DNA of 64,000 bases from assembly GCA_030681595.1 (NCBI GenBank), contig JAUXSB010000056.1:10009-74008 (forward strand), in the 5' to 3' direction. This document shows, in pieces, positions 41,231-51,139 of this stretch (within the stretch, counting starts at the first letter, position 1; each line of letters opens with the position of its first letter). The DNA is from Candidatus Omnitrophota bacterium. Lineage in GTDB: Bacteria; Omnitrophota; Gorgyraeia; Ghiorseimicrobiales; Ghiorseimicrobiaceae. The position numbers and the translations under genes were made by a program. The notes under the pieces are model-generated. The model worked only from the letters and a program-made list of their open reading frames with translations, did not search any database and was not told where the DNA came from.

Positions 41231-41569
41231 TTATACCTTTTTTGTTTTACGAATATCCTGCGAAAACTTCTCTGCCTGGGCTAATTTTTCCAAAAGCATT
41301 TCCCTGATCATATCAAATGCCTTGATAATTTTGGGGTTAGCCAACGAATAATAAATTGTTACCCCCGCCCTGCGAGTATTAACAATACCTTTTTCGCGCA
41401 TAATACCTAAATGCTGGGAAAGGTTTGCCTGGGGCAGATTAGCAAGTTTAGCAAGCGCCCCCACGGAAAGCTCTCCGCCCCTTAAAAGGTTTAAAATCTC
41501 CAAGCGTTTTGCCGAGGTAAATACTCCGCACATTGATGCATGTAATTCGTAGAGTTTTTCTTCCATCAT
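41231..41569 (-). CDS. arsR: ArsR/SmtB-family metalloregulator
   Basis: wHTH (LEILNLLRGGELSVGALAKLANLPQANLSQHLGIMREKGIV) and a Cys (ELHASMCGVF) positioned like the ArsR metal-binding site. First gene of a 4-gene minus-strand operon. Confidence 0.7.
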   Translation of the reverse strand: MMEEKLYELHASMCGVFTSAKRLEILNLLRGGELSVGALAKLANLPQANLSQHLGIMREKGIVNTRRAGVTIYYSLANPKIIKAFDMIREMLLEKLAQAEKFSQDIRKTKKV

Positions 41570-41710
41570 ATCCTCTTATATGTTTATATTCTAATATTAG
41601 CATATATTTATACAAATGTCAAACAAAATCCCGCCCGCTGGCAAAGGCTAGGTGTAGGGTAAAATTTTTCCAACTTGGCTTTTGTATTATTAAATACCGG
41701 GACGGGATTA

Positions 41711-42232
41711 TTATAGATCGCTATTTTTCAATTTAGCGCGGGTTTTGGCCCAGATATTTTTCTCTATCTTGACCACGCGCACGTGCGAAATACCTAACTT
41801 TCTGCCTATCTGGCGCGTGTTAAGCCCTAATAAAAAATATTCAAATACCTCTTTTTCTCGCGTGGTTAAACCGTCATTCCTGATCGCATCTATTAAAAAA
41901 TTTACCTCTATGCTATGATCGTCGTTTAAGCGCGCATCCGGGATAATTTCCTTTAAAGTCGCGCCTTCTTCATCTATTGGAACATCTAAGCTTACAGGTG
42001 TAACCGCATCCAACGACTTCCTTAAAAAATTCTTCATTTCAAAATAGCAGCCTTTCAGAATATAGCTTTTATTCTTATCTTTGAGACTGCCCGCTTTCCA
42101 TTTTAACCAAAGGGAAAGCAATGCCTCCTGCGCAAGGTCCTGCGCGTCAATAAATCCGCACTGCGGCCGATGCTTGCTGGCTATTGCCTTAATTCCTGAA
42201 TTAAATTGGCTGGCTAATTCGTTGAATTCCAT
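41711..42232 (-). CDS. Sigma-70 family RNA polymerase sigma factor (ECF-like, regions 2 and 4)
   Basis: Region 2-like DAQDLAQEALLSLW and region 4 HTH (LTTREKEVFEYFLLGLNTRQIGRKLGISHVRVVKIEKN). Confidence 0.55.
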   Translation of the reverse strand: MEFNELASQFNSGIKAIASKHRPQCGFIDAQDLAQEALLSLWLKWKAGSLKDKNKSYILKGCYFEMKNFLRKSLDAVTPVSLDVPIDEEGATLKEIIPDARLNDDHSIEVNFLIDAIRNDGLTTREKEVFEYFLLGLNTRQIGRKLGISHVRVVKIEKNIWAKTRAKLKNSDL

Positions 42233-42477
42233 AAAAATAAAAGACGCCCCGCGCGCATTAAAATAATGCGTCAGGACGCCTTAGTCCTTACAAACAAAAA
42301 TCCGCAAAATCATCTTTTGCGGACTACTTTGTCTAAAACACTCTCTTTGTGTTTCAATAAAAGTATACCATAAAAACCCGGGATGTCAAGCAAAAAATGC
42401 CGACTTGGCGTAAATTTTTTGCGCGATGCCCGCCACAAAACTTGTCGGACAATCCGCAAAGGCTTTTACGACGCAAG

Positions 42478-43146
42478 CTATTTTAGATAAAAATACGCGC
42501 CGGGAATTAAGGAAAAAATTTGCGCGGATTTAATGAGCAGAAAGACAATTACACCGGCGGTCAAACCAAAAATATGCGCAAGCGCCGGCAGAAAAAATAT
42601 ACTTAATATCAGGATAAACCCCGCTACGGTAAGCACGGTTACTAACGGCACGATGACTAAATTTGCTAAAATGGTTACGGGAGAAATAATCTTAAAATAG
42701 TAGATTATCAATAAAAATGTGCCTACCCACGCCGCCAGCGATACAGAAAAAGATTTAACTGCAAAATTCTTAAAACGCAGGATATTCTCTATCTTCGGTG
42801 AAAGATACACTATTGATAAAACGCTAATAAAAGATAGCTGGAATCCTATCTCTTCTAATTGCAATGGATTAAAGCTAAGAATAATCAAAGCGGCAAAAGA
42901 AAGAGAGTTATAGATATTTACTTCCCTCTCCAGCAATAACCCTATTAAAAGAACCGAACCCATAATCACCGCCCTTACCACTGACGGCTGTGCTCCGGTG
43001 ATAAAATTATAAAATATGAGCGCTATAAGTGCTAAAACATAACGCGGTTTTCTCGGGATACGTAGAATTTTTAAAAATACAAGCAAAATGAAAGCGGTTA
43101 TCGCGATATTCATACCGCTTATAGCTAAAATATGGGTCTTGCCGAG
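42478..43146 (-). pseudogene. comEC: ComEC/Rec2 competence-domain fragment, interrupted at its 5' side by the serine-recombinase element
   Basis: Competence-domain motifs (GAQPSVVRAVIMGSVLL). Upstream of the track Met the same frame reads LGKTHILAISG, matching the ComEC HILAISGLH motif, back to a stop at 43147..43149 inside the recombinase 3' end. The N-terminal region of about 200 aa is absent here. Confidence 0.6.
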
Positions 43147-44726
43147 TCAAAGTAGGATAAAAATTCCTGCTCTGAAGGTGAGGGAATCCGGGGAACGAAA
43201 CAGTCAATATCAATTATCCCGCTGACATTAACCTTTACTGAAGTATTCAAAAGTTTCAATGCCTGTTTCTTTGCCTCATAATTAAACTGCCTGAACTCTT
43301 TTTTTATTTTCTCAATAAAATCAACCGCATGCTTCACTTCAGCTTTCTTGTCGCTTTCATTCAGGCTTAATCTTAAATCCTGCCTTGTCCTTTCAAGATT
43401 TTCTCTTGTTTTTCTCAATGAATCAATCTGCTCTTTCAACTGCTCAATTGTAATGATGCTCTGCCTGTAAGCCTCAAGTATTCTCTGCTCTTCTTTTGTC
43501 AGGCTTTCCTGCATTAAAGAAATCCTCGCAATCTCTTTCTGAGCTGTCTCCCTGCTCATTGACTTGACTTCTTCCCTGTTCTTAATCGCATGCTCTATAA
43601 GGTAAGGATTCTGGAATATTTTCTCAACTTGATTCCAGACTGCATCTTCAAGTTTTCCTGCCTGAACGTACTTTAACCTGCATTTAACAAGCTTCTCAAA
43701 TTTATTTTTGACAAAATGAGTGCACCTGTAATACATCTTGAAATAAGGCCCGTATTTCCTGCCGTTCTTTTCCTGAAACTGCTTGTCAGCTGTTCCTGCT
43801 ATTGTATTGCCGCAGTCCCCGCATTTAACTAATCCCTGCAAAAGATAATGATATTTTGCATTTCTTTCAGAATAATTTCTTCTGTTGTTAAGATATTCCT
43901 GCGCTTTCAAAAAAGCTTCCTCTGAAATCATTTGAGGCACCTTTACCTCAATCCATTCTTCAACAGGTTTCAAACCGCCTGTTTTTGAATCATGCTTGTT
44001 CGCATGCCACTTTCCTATATATATGGTATCTTTCAAAATATCATGGACAACATCTTCCCTCATCAAATGCCCTTCTTTTGTCTTGTAACCCAAAGTACGC
44101 AATTTTCTTGTTACCTTTATAAGAGAAGAATCCGGCTGATTGTAAAGCTCATAGATCAACTTAACAACTTCTGCCTCTTTCTCATTTATCTTAATCTCTT
44201 TTGTTTCCTTGTGATAGATATAGCCGAATCTTGTTGGAGAGGATCCGGAATAATACCCTTCTCTCGCCCTTCTCAGCCTCCCATCCCTTGAACGCTGCAA
44301 AAATGTATTTCTCTCAAGCTCTGCAATCGACCCAAATAATGAAAGCACAAATTTGCCTAAATAATTGGAAGTGTCAAAGGGCTCTGTTATTGAACGGATG
44401 CTTACGCCGAATCTCTGAAGTTCATCAACGGTATTAAGCAAGTTCTTGTTGTTCCTGAAAAATCTGTCAACCCTGTAAACAAGAATCAGCTGCAACTTAT
44501 CCTGCCTTGCGTCTTCCATCAGCCTTTGAAACTGAGGCCTTTCAAAACTCGTTCCGGAATAGCCGTCATCAACGTATTCATCATGAACAATGTATTTATT
44601 ATCAAAGGCATGCTTTCTCAGCAATTCAAGCTGTGAGGCAAGGGAAAAATTCTCCTTCTGCTCTTCTGTTGAGACTCTTGCATACAAGGCAACCTTTATT
44701 ATCTTATTGCCGTTATTATTGTTCAT
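43125..44726 (-). mobile_element. Large serine recombinase (integrase) of an integrative element
   Basis: N-terminal resolvase domain with the catalytic Ser (VALYARVSTEEQ), recombinase domain, Cys-rich zinc ribbon (CGDCGNT ... YYRCTH) and a long coiled coil. 533 aa. Confidence 0.85.
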
Positions 44727-44730
44727 AACG

Positions 44731-45582
44731 CTATCCCTTTTTGGATAATTCCTTCAGCCATTCTTCCCTGTATTTATACTCCCTGTTTAATGCCTCTTTT
44801 CTTCTAATAACAATGGATTCGGCTATTTTTACTGCCTTATCAATTGCGGAGACGAAAGAACTTGGCTCATAAAAAACTCTTTTTACAAAAGAAAAGTCTA
44901 TGGGATAACAAGCCTGCAACCATGTTGCGCCACCTTTTATATTCTTTTGCTGAAGAATAATCGTAACGAGCCTGTTTCTTGTGCAAATGTTTAATTCATC
45001 TATATGCCCCGAAGGGTAGGAATTTTCACAGACAACGAATTTAGCAAGGTTTCCTAATAAATTCATCTTCTCCTCAATAGACTGTTCCTCAATGTCTTGG
45101 TAATCTTTCAACAGAATTCCCTCATAGCCAAATAGTCTCAAGCGCCCTTTTATAATATAAAGTGCATCTAATTTTTTCTTATAATCCCCTATAATCAATA
45201 CACATTTACGCTTTGATTGTCTTATCATCATATAAAGATGTGAAAAATCTTTCAAATAACAAACCAAATTGTCAACTTTTCTAAGAAAATCTGATCCAAG
45301 CACGAGTGGTTGTTTTAACCCTGCATAGGTGGCAAAATCAGAATTAAATTTTTTCCTTTTTGAAATGACTTTAATAGTTGCAATGTATGCCAAACTTATT
45401 CTCTCCGGCTCGATTCTCGAGACACGGTGTAAATCTTCTTTTCTGTATCCTAATAACTTAAGAAGACTGAAGCTTATGGTTCCAACTTTAATGTTTGTAT
45501 CTACTGGCGCAGTGATATTAAGGCTTTTTGAGGGACCCATTAATTTTATATTGTACTTTAAAGGATAATTTTCTCTGTCCAT
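44731..45582 (-). CDS. Hypothetical protein (element)
   Basis: 283-aa ORF tightly packed (4-nt gap) with the recombinase. No family recognised. Confidence 0.4.
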   Translation of the reverse strand: MDRENYPLKYNIKLMGPSKSLNITAPVDTNIKVGTISFSLLKLLGYRKEDLHRVSRIEPERISLAYIATIKVISKRKKFNSDFATYAGLKQPLVLGSDFLRKVDNLVCYLKDFSHLYMMIRQSKRKCVLIIGDYKKKLDALYIIKGRLRLFGYEGILLKDYQDIEEQSIEEKMNLLGNLAKFVVCENSYPSGHIDELNICTRNRLVTIILQQKNIKGGATWLQACYPIDFSFVKRVFYEPSSFVSAIDKAVKIAESIVIRRKEALNREYKYREEWLKELSKKG

Positions 45583-45616
45583 ATACTTTTTCCTTCGTTA
45601 AACCCCACCAAAGAAT

Positions 45617-45988
45617 TCAGAATTTTTTCCTATTATAAATATGAACATTACATCTATTTACATTCAAATTAAGTATATTATACCAACTTCTTTCATCATA
45701 ATCTTTTCTCAAAGGTATTTTCATCTCTACGGAAAGTTTCTCTAGGGCTTTCTTGTTTCGCGTCAATATCTCAAAAACCGGCTTACCATCAAAGTTAACA
45801 TTTCTATCATAAGTCATCTCTACAATGTCGATATTATGACTTGATAGAAATTTCTCCACTTCCTTGACTAAATCAGAGTCTTTTGCCATATCAGATAAAA
45901 AAGCCTGATCTCTTATAAATTTTTCCATTATATTCATCACTGCCTGCCTGTTATTTTTTTCAGCTTCCTTAAATCCTCTTCTGTCCAA
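45617..45988 (-). CDS. Hypothetical protein (element)
   Basis: 123-aa ORF. Confidence 0.35.
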   Translation of the reverse strand: MDRRGFKEAEKNNRQAVMNIMEKFIRDQAFLSDMAKDSDLVKEVEKFLSSHNIDIVEMTYDRNVNFDGKPVFEILTRNKKALEKLSVEMKIPLRKDYDERSWYNILNLNVNRCNVHIYNRKKF

Positions 45989-46200
45989 TACCTGTATTTG
46001 CTCATGAGATCTCTTTTAGCCTTAGGCACCTTGCCAAGCTTCTCCCAATTATAATAAGTCCTTCTTGTAATGCCCAATTCTTTTTCAATATCTTCAATCA
46101 GGTATCTCTTTTTCATATTCAATACTTTATCATAGTTTTCCTTTATTGTCAAGATTATTCTTATCGTTCTCTTCATTCTTCTCAGCAAGCTCAATCGCAT
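45937..46200 (-). CDS. Excisionase/MerR-like HTH protein (candidate recombination directionality factor)
   Basis: YLIEDIEKELGITRRTYYNWEKLGKVP is an HTH_17/Xis-AlpA type helix-turn-helix. Likely start at the internal Met near 46116. Confidence 0.45.
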   Translation of the reverse strand: MRLSLLRRMKRTIRIILTIKENYDKVLNMKKRYLIEDIEKELGITRRTYYNWEKLGKVPKAKRDLMSKYRYWTEEDLRKLKKITGRQ

Positions 46201-46486
46201 GAATAATCAAATTAATTATATCCCTTAACGCAATAGGATCGTCTTTAAGATGAATTTTTAATCTGGGAATAAGAATCTGATTCTTTTTAGGGGATAATTC
46301 AACAAATTCTTTAAAAATAAACTCTTTGTCCTCCTCAGAAAAATCCTTGCTCTCAGCCCATTCCTCAAACAGAGAAAGAAAATCCCTGCCATGGAACTTT
46401 CCTGCCCTTATCAGAAATTTCTCCGCCTGTTCTCTGTGAAAGTTTTTCTTATCCATGAATGGTATAAAGTTTTCGGGGAAAGTCAT
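46130..46486 (-). CDS. Hypothetical protein (element)
   Basis: 118-aa ORF. Confidence 0.3.
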   Translation of the reverse strand: MTFPENFIPFMDKKNFHREQAEKFLIRAGKFHGRDFLSLFEEWAESKDFSEEDKEFIFKEFVELSPKKNQILIPRLKIHLKDDPIALRDIINLIIHAIELAEKNEENDKNNLDNKGKL

Positions 46487-46667
46487 CCGTCAGCCTGATC
46501 CTGTAGCCCATTTTTTCCGCATACTTTACTGCAACATATGCCTCTGGCTCTGACACCATGGCAAAAAGGCACAAATCCCGGAAAGCAATGGCTTTCTTGG
46601 GAGAACTGGCCTGCATCAACAGGGCAGCCGCGGTCTCAATCTTTTCCTGTCTCTCATTTCTTTTCAT
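46449..46667 (-). CDS. Hypothetical small protein (element)
   Basis: 72-aa ORF. Confidence 0.3.
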   Translation of the reverse strand: MKRNERQEKIETAAALLMQASSPKKAIAFRDLCLFAMVSEPEAYVAVKYAEKMGYRIRLTDDFPRKLYTIHG

Positions 46668-46985
46668 TTATCTTTCCCTGCGGTTCCGCCCTCTGAAGAT
46701 TTTGTTATCCCAATGATCATGCAGTTCATGCTCTGTCAATTTCGTGAGAAACGGATGAATCTCCCCGGCACCAAAACAATCCTCGCAGGACTTCCTGGGG
46801 TTAAACCCTGGAAATGTCCTTTTGATTATCCCCAAATCATCTTTATCATAACGAAGGAGATGAAAATAACTTTTTCCTGTGCCTTCGCAGCATTCGCACT
46901 TTTCCGGATTAAACATATCATTAAACATCTTGATCCTCCTCCTTTTCCGGCTTGCCTTTATCTTCTTTTGGCTTTCCAAATTCAT
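46668..46985 (-). CDS. Small protein with two DnaJ-type CxxCxGxG zinc-finger motifs
   Basis: CECCEGTGKS and CEDCFGAGEI, with a very basic C-terminus. Confidence 0.4.
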   Translation of the reverse strand: MNLESQKKIKASRKRRRIKMFNDMFNPEKCECCEGTGKSYFHLLRYDKDDLGIIKRTFPGFNPRKSCEDCFGAGEIHPFLTKLTEHELHDHWDNKIFRGRNRRER

Positions 46986-47526
46986 AAGCTGTCATTGCTA
47001 CAAACAAGATAAACTCAACTGCGTAAACATAGCAGAACTGCGCGATTCTCCCTGAAGCCGCAGCATGCGTTGCAGTTATTATCAAATTGAAGGTAACTAG
47101 AACACAGCACGCAATAAAAATCCCCAGTCTTGCCCTGTAATTTAAATTCCCATGCCTTAAAGTGATAAACAGCATCTTTGAGGCAAAAACCGCAATTAAA
47201 ATCAAGGCCTGGCCTGCCCTGAACTCATTGAAAGGCAGAAGGCAGAACAGCGAGTTAAAAAAGCTGAATTTCCATGACACAAGGGCTATTGGCAGAGAGA
47301 ACAGCCACAAGGCAGTCATCAATAGCAAAGAAACAGGCCATCCGGCAAAGCTGTGAAAAAAGAAATTCATGCCCTTGAAAATTATGCTTAAGGAGACAGC
47401 CGAAGAGAAAACCGCAAGAGGCATAATAAAATATGGCAGCAGGGTATCAAACACAAAAAGCAATAAAGGATTCCTCTTCGGCTTAAAGTTTTCATCCAGC
47501 TCAATATCCTCAATGGCTTCGTCCAT
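46921..47526 (-). CDS. Integral membrane hypothetical protein (element)
   Basis: 201 aa with 4 to 5 hydrophobic helices. Confidence 0.4.
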   Translation of the reverse strand: MDEAIEDIELDENFKPKRNPLLLFVFDTLLPYFIMPLAVFSSAVSLSIIFKGMNFFFHSFAGWPVSLLLMTALWLFSLPIALVSWKFSFFNSLFCLLPFNEFRAGQALILIAVFASKMLFITLRHGNLNYRARLGIFIACCVLVTFNLIITATHAAASGRIAQFCYVYAVEFILFVAMTAYEFGKPKEDKGKPEKEEDQDV

Positions 47527-47538
47527 GATTCTGCCTTT

Positions 47539-48168
47539 CTATTCCCATCTTCCAAACTCAACATACAGATTATTGAACTGCACAACTAATGCAGGATCAT
47601 TGATGGCTGCATCCATAATGCCTGCCACGATTGTAAATGGCAGCGCAAATATGCATCCTGCAAATGCAATAGCATTCTCTGACATCGCCTTCATCTCGCT
47701 GTCAATTATCTCCCGGGCATGGCTTTCCATGGGAAAGGCAATCCAGATGCCATCATACTTAACCCTATGCTGCTTTAACACCGCGAGCTTCCTGAACATT
47801 TCTGAGGGAATTTTATCCTGTTCTGAATAATCAGCAATTCTCACGAGAGCCCATTTGAAATCACTGCCCTTAACAACAAACAGATTTTCATTCTCCCTTA
47901 ATACATGAAAGCAAAACGGTTTTGCCTCGAGCCCGGTTTTCTCTAACCCTTTGATTATCTCCCTTCCTGCCTTAAGATGATTCTCTGAACTGCTTAATAT
48001 CCTTGGCTGTCTTGAATCACTCTTAATAAAACTGATTCTTTTTGTTCTGCGTATCCTGCCCGGAATTTCCCCTCTCTGGATTTTTTCCGGCAGAAGAATT
48101 CTCCCTGAAAGTAAATTCTCAATTCCATCCCTTTTTAACAACCTTTCATTCACAATCAGATTTTCCAT
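47539..48168 (-). CDS. Hypothetical protein (element)
   Basis: 209-aa ORF, 2 nt from the ATPase gene. Confidence 0.35.
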   Translation of the reverse strand: MENLIVNERLLKRDGIENLLSGRILLPEKIQRGEIPGRIRRTKRISFIKSDSRQPRILSSSENHLKAGREIIKGLEKTGLEAKPFCFHVLRENENLFVVKGSDFKWALVRIADYSEQDKIPSEMFRKLAVLKQHRVKYDGIWIAFPMESHAREIIDSEMKAMSENAIAFAGCIFALPFTIVAGIMDAAINDPALVVQFNNLYVEFGRWE

Positions 48169-48169
48169 T

Positions 48170-50122
48170 TCATTCCTCCTGGTTTTTGTTCCGGTTAATC
48201 AAATCCCGCAAATCTTTTTTCAAAATCTCAGAAAGCAGCAGCACTGTTGTTCTGTTTCTCATTTCTTCTGGAATTTCCGTAATAATCTGCATCACCTCCT
48301 CTTTGACTTTTTTATCCCTACATGCAATAATAATAAAATCAGCCCTTGCAATACCTATGTCCTTCTCAATGTTTGCCTTTTCATGCAGAGAACTCATCGC
48401 AACCTCTATTGCTATAAGCATGCTTTCATGCTCAACTGCAACGTCAATAAACTTGCCAAACTTGTTAAGCTCAATCTCAGGCTTGTATTCCTTGAAATGC
48501 TCTACAACTAAATGCTGCCATACAAGATGCTCATAGCCTGCACCCTTTCCATAAAATTTCTTTTCCTCAATGCTTAACAGCTTGTAAGCCTGCTCAAGCA
48601 GAACGGGAAACTTGCTTACGCCCTTTCCCTTAACAATTTCAATGATTTTTATCATCTCCGCGCCTTCAAGCTTTTTTGCTGTTTTCGTTCCCCTGCAAGC
48701 TGAGAATCCTGCAATATCATGAATCTCTGTAAGTGTTTTTCTGTACTGGTTGAGGTAAACAGCCATGAGAAATTCCTTCTCATCATTGCTGATTAAAGGC
48801 TTTTCTTCCTTAATGTCCTCCCTGATTCTTGGCACAGGCGCGGAGAAATCCTTTATTATTCCCTCATTGTTTTCTGCCAGCTCTTCTTTGCTCATCGGCT
48901 CTGGAAAATCTGCCTCATAAATAAATGCCACGAATGGCCTTGCAATTCCTCCAAGCTCCACTATGGCTTCATGCTTTTCCCTGTTAAGGTTGCATAAATG
49001 CTGTTTCTGCTCTTTCTCTGTCAGGCCCATATGCTTCTCCATTGCATTCCTGTCAATGCCGGAAAAGGACAACATCATAATCTTGTTTGCCATGTTTGAA
49101 AGAACCGCAGGGCTTAATTCTGCAGGCGACTGCGAGCATAAAATCATATGTATAACCCCTTTTCTTATATTTGCAATAATGTCTGATATAAGCGTTAATT
49201 CCATGCTTTTCTGCAATAACAAATTTGCATCATCAAGGACAACAACCCGCATCCTGTCTGTCTCGCTTGAATAAAGGTGCAGAAGCAATGAATTGACAAT
49301 GAATTTCTGCTCTGAGAGCGTTAATTCCGAGATTTTAAAAATCGCGCTGCTTTTTACGATGTCATCCTCATGCCCTTTCACGCAGTCAAACGTCTTTCCA
49401 AGAGAACTATTAATCAGGCCTCCAAGCCGGTTCAATATACTTTCCTGGTATCTTGCAGTCCTGCTTAATCCCGGATGTTTTCTTGCCCTGATAAAATAAT
49501 ACAAATCATAAAGATTGGGCTCAGGATTCTTTCTTTTCAGCTCTCTTATTGCCTCAAGAAGATATGCCTCACTGCCCTCATATAAAACAAAGGAATCATT
49601 AAAAACAGAGACAAAAACTTCTGGCTTCAGGAAATGCAGCGGATTTATCTGCATCTTCCCGTTGAAATCATCATAAAAAATGTCAGGAAAAACTTTCATC
49701 ATGCTTGTTACCTCATCGGATTTTGCGAAAATCCATGCCTTATGGCCCTGCTCCAATGCTCCCCTGCACAGAATCATATAGGTAAATGTCTTGCCTGTGT
49801 TGGACGAGCCTATGATAAAGGTATGCGGGCTTAATATGGGCCATCCCACATCTTTGCCGGCTTCTGTCAAAGCAAACCTTATCAGGCTGTCAACGTCATC
49901 CGGAACATTAAAAGGCGAGCATGTCAGCTGCATCCTGATTATTTCAGGTGCAAGCTCGTCCAGGCATTCCTTGAACAATCTCTGGTTGCCCGGCTCTGAA
50001 AGTGAATCAAGGCACATTGCCATTCTCTTCCTGTCAAGCATGCCTTTCTTCTTCAGGAGCTCGAAAAGCTCTAAAGGATTCCTGGGAAGAATTCCTTCTA
50101 TTCCCTTCATTGATTCTTCCAT
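48170..50122 (-). CDS. FtsK/HerA-superfamily P-loop ATPase fused to a C-terminal winged-helix plus Hjc-like nuclease module
   Basis: Walker A IIGSSNTGKTF and Walker B VVVLDDANLL about 190 aa apart (FtsK/HerA/TraB-like spacing). C-terminal 170 aa: wHTH, then GYEHLVWQHLVVEHF ... FIDVAV ... IAIEVA, following the E / hhD / (I/V)E(V) pattern of Hjc-type PD-(D/E)xK nucleases with the Lys replaced. The real start may be the Met at about 50041. Confidence 0.6.
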   Translation of the reverse strand: MEESMKGIEGILPRNPLELFELLKKKGMLDRKRMAMCLDSLSEPGNQRLFKECLDELAPEIIRMQLTCSPFNVPDDVDSLIRFALTEAGKDVGWPILSPHTFIIGSSNTGKTFTYMILCRGALEQGHKAWIFAKSDEVTSMMKVFPDIFYDDFNGKMQINPLHFLKPEVFVSVFNDSFVLYEGSEAYLLEAIRELKRKNPEPNLYDLYYFIRARKHPGLSRTARYQESILNRLGGLINSSLGKTFDCVKGHEDDIVKSSAIFKISELTLSEQKFIVNSLLLHLYSSETDRMRVVVLDDANLLLQKSMELTLISDIIANIRKGVIHMILCSQSPAELSPAVLSNMANKIMMLSFSGIDRNAMEKHMGLTEKEQKQHLCNLNREKHEAIVELGGIARPFVAFIYEADFPEPMSKEELAENNEGIIKDFSAPVPRIREDIKEEKPLISNDEKEFLMAVYLNQYRKTLTEIHDIAGFSACRGTKTAKKLEGAEMIKIIEIVKGKGVSKFPVLLEQAYKLLSIEEKKFYGKGAGYEHLVWQHLVVEHFKEYKPEIELNKFGKFIDVAVEHESMLIAIEVAMSSLHEKANIEKDIGIARADFIIIACRDKKVKEEVMQIITEIPEEMRNRTTVLLLSEILKKDLRDLINRNKNQEE

Positions 50123-50624
50123 TACTTACCCTTTCATGAATTTGCAGATTGTACCCCTTGTTATTTGCAAGCGTCATAAGCCATGTATCTGTTCTATCTC
50201 TACCTGTAAACACTGTTCTCGCTGAAATCAGCAGCAGCATGGGCAAATGATGGCTCCTGCATGCATAAGCGCTGTTTACTGCCCTTGCGCAATCCCTGCA
50301 TCCGGGAACAGTGCAAAGTTTCCTGAAACACCCGGGATAAATACAGACAAGAATGTATCTCTGCGCGCATTGCAGGCATATCAGATGCCCTGAATTGCAG
50401 ACATGCCCTATGCCAAGGCTTGCAGAATGGCCGCAGGGCAGGACAATCTCCTTTTCATTGTGAACCATAATTATGCCCTGTTCAGGCACGTAGATTTTGC
50501 CTTTCTCCACCTCTGAGATTATCCCCTTGCCCGGGTCAAATTTTGAGATGCTCTTGTGAATCCTTACTGTCTTTATTCCGCTCGGTCCGTCAATTATAAT
50601 CTTGTTAATGCTTTCTTCGTTCAT
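50034..50624 (-). CDS. Cys/His-rich hypothetical protein (putative zinc-binding)
   Basis: LPCGHSASLGIGHVCNSGHLICLQCAQRYILVCIYPGCFRKLCTVPGCRDCARAVNSAYACRSHH carries about 14 Cys and 6 His within 70 aa. Confidence 0.35.
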   Translation of the reverse strand: MNEESINKIIIDGPSGIKTVRIHKSISKFDPGKGIISEVEKGKIYVPEQGIIMVHNEKEIVLPCGHSASLGIGHVCNSGHLICLQCAQRYILVCIYPGCFRKLCTVPGCRDCARAVNSAYACRSHHLPMLLLISARTVFTGRDRTDTWLMTLANNKGYNLQIHERVSNGRINEGNRRNSSQESFRAFRAPEEERHA

Positions 50625-50636
50625 TTCTCACCTCTC

Positions 50637-51128
50637 TTAAAATTCCCCATCAAAATCCATTCCTGAATCTGCATTAAAATCATCCCCATCTGAAGAATCA
50701 TAATCCTTAACTGCATCTTCTTCTGCCCATTTTGCAGGGCAATCTTCTCTCGTGATAAAACTTCTCTTTTCTACTGTGGCTTTAGGCTCATCAGCTGCAT
50801 TTTCATCTTCCCTGTCATCCTTATGCCTGAACTCATAATCCTCAATCATCCTCTCTTCTGCCTCAAACTTTTCCTGTTCCTTTCTTTCTGCAAGCTCTTC
50901 TGCCCTGGCGCGCCAGAATTCCATGCCTGGATCCTTATCAGGCTCATAAATCTCATAATCCTCAATATCCCGGGCAGGTTCATCCTTGGGAATTCTCGGT
51001 CTTAACTTTTTCCCTCGAAAGGTGTCAAAAAGTGCTTTCAGAAAGCCTATAAAATTAGGTGGATATCTCATCCTGGCTCCTTTCAGTTCAAATTTTTCTT
51101 TTAACTTGAAATTCCGGTTGAACTTCAA
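50637..51128 (-). CDS. Highly acidic hypothetical protein
   Basis: 163 aa. The C-terminal half is about 40% Asp/Glu (EDYEFRHKDDREDENAADEP ... DYDSSDGDDFNADSGMDFDGEF). Confidence 0.35.
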   Translation of the reverse strand: MKFNRNFKLKEKFELKGARMRYPPNFIGFLKALFDTFRGKKLRPRIPKDEPARDIEDYEIYEPDKDPGMEFWRARAEELAERKEQEKFEAEERMIEDYEFRHKDDREDENAADEPKATVEKRSFITREDCPAKWAEEDAVKDYDSSDGDDFNADSGMDFDGEF

Positions 51129-51139
51129 ATCAGAAAAAG

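Noticed and set aside
43100-43170. tRNA gene as the integration target of the element
   Set aside because: No cloverleaf-compatible sequence or GTTCGAATC-type T-arm occurs near either recombinase. The flanking ORF is clearly ComEC, so a protein-gene target is supported instead.
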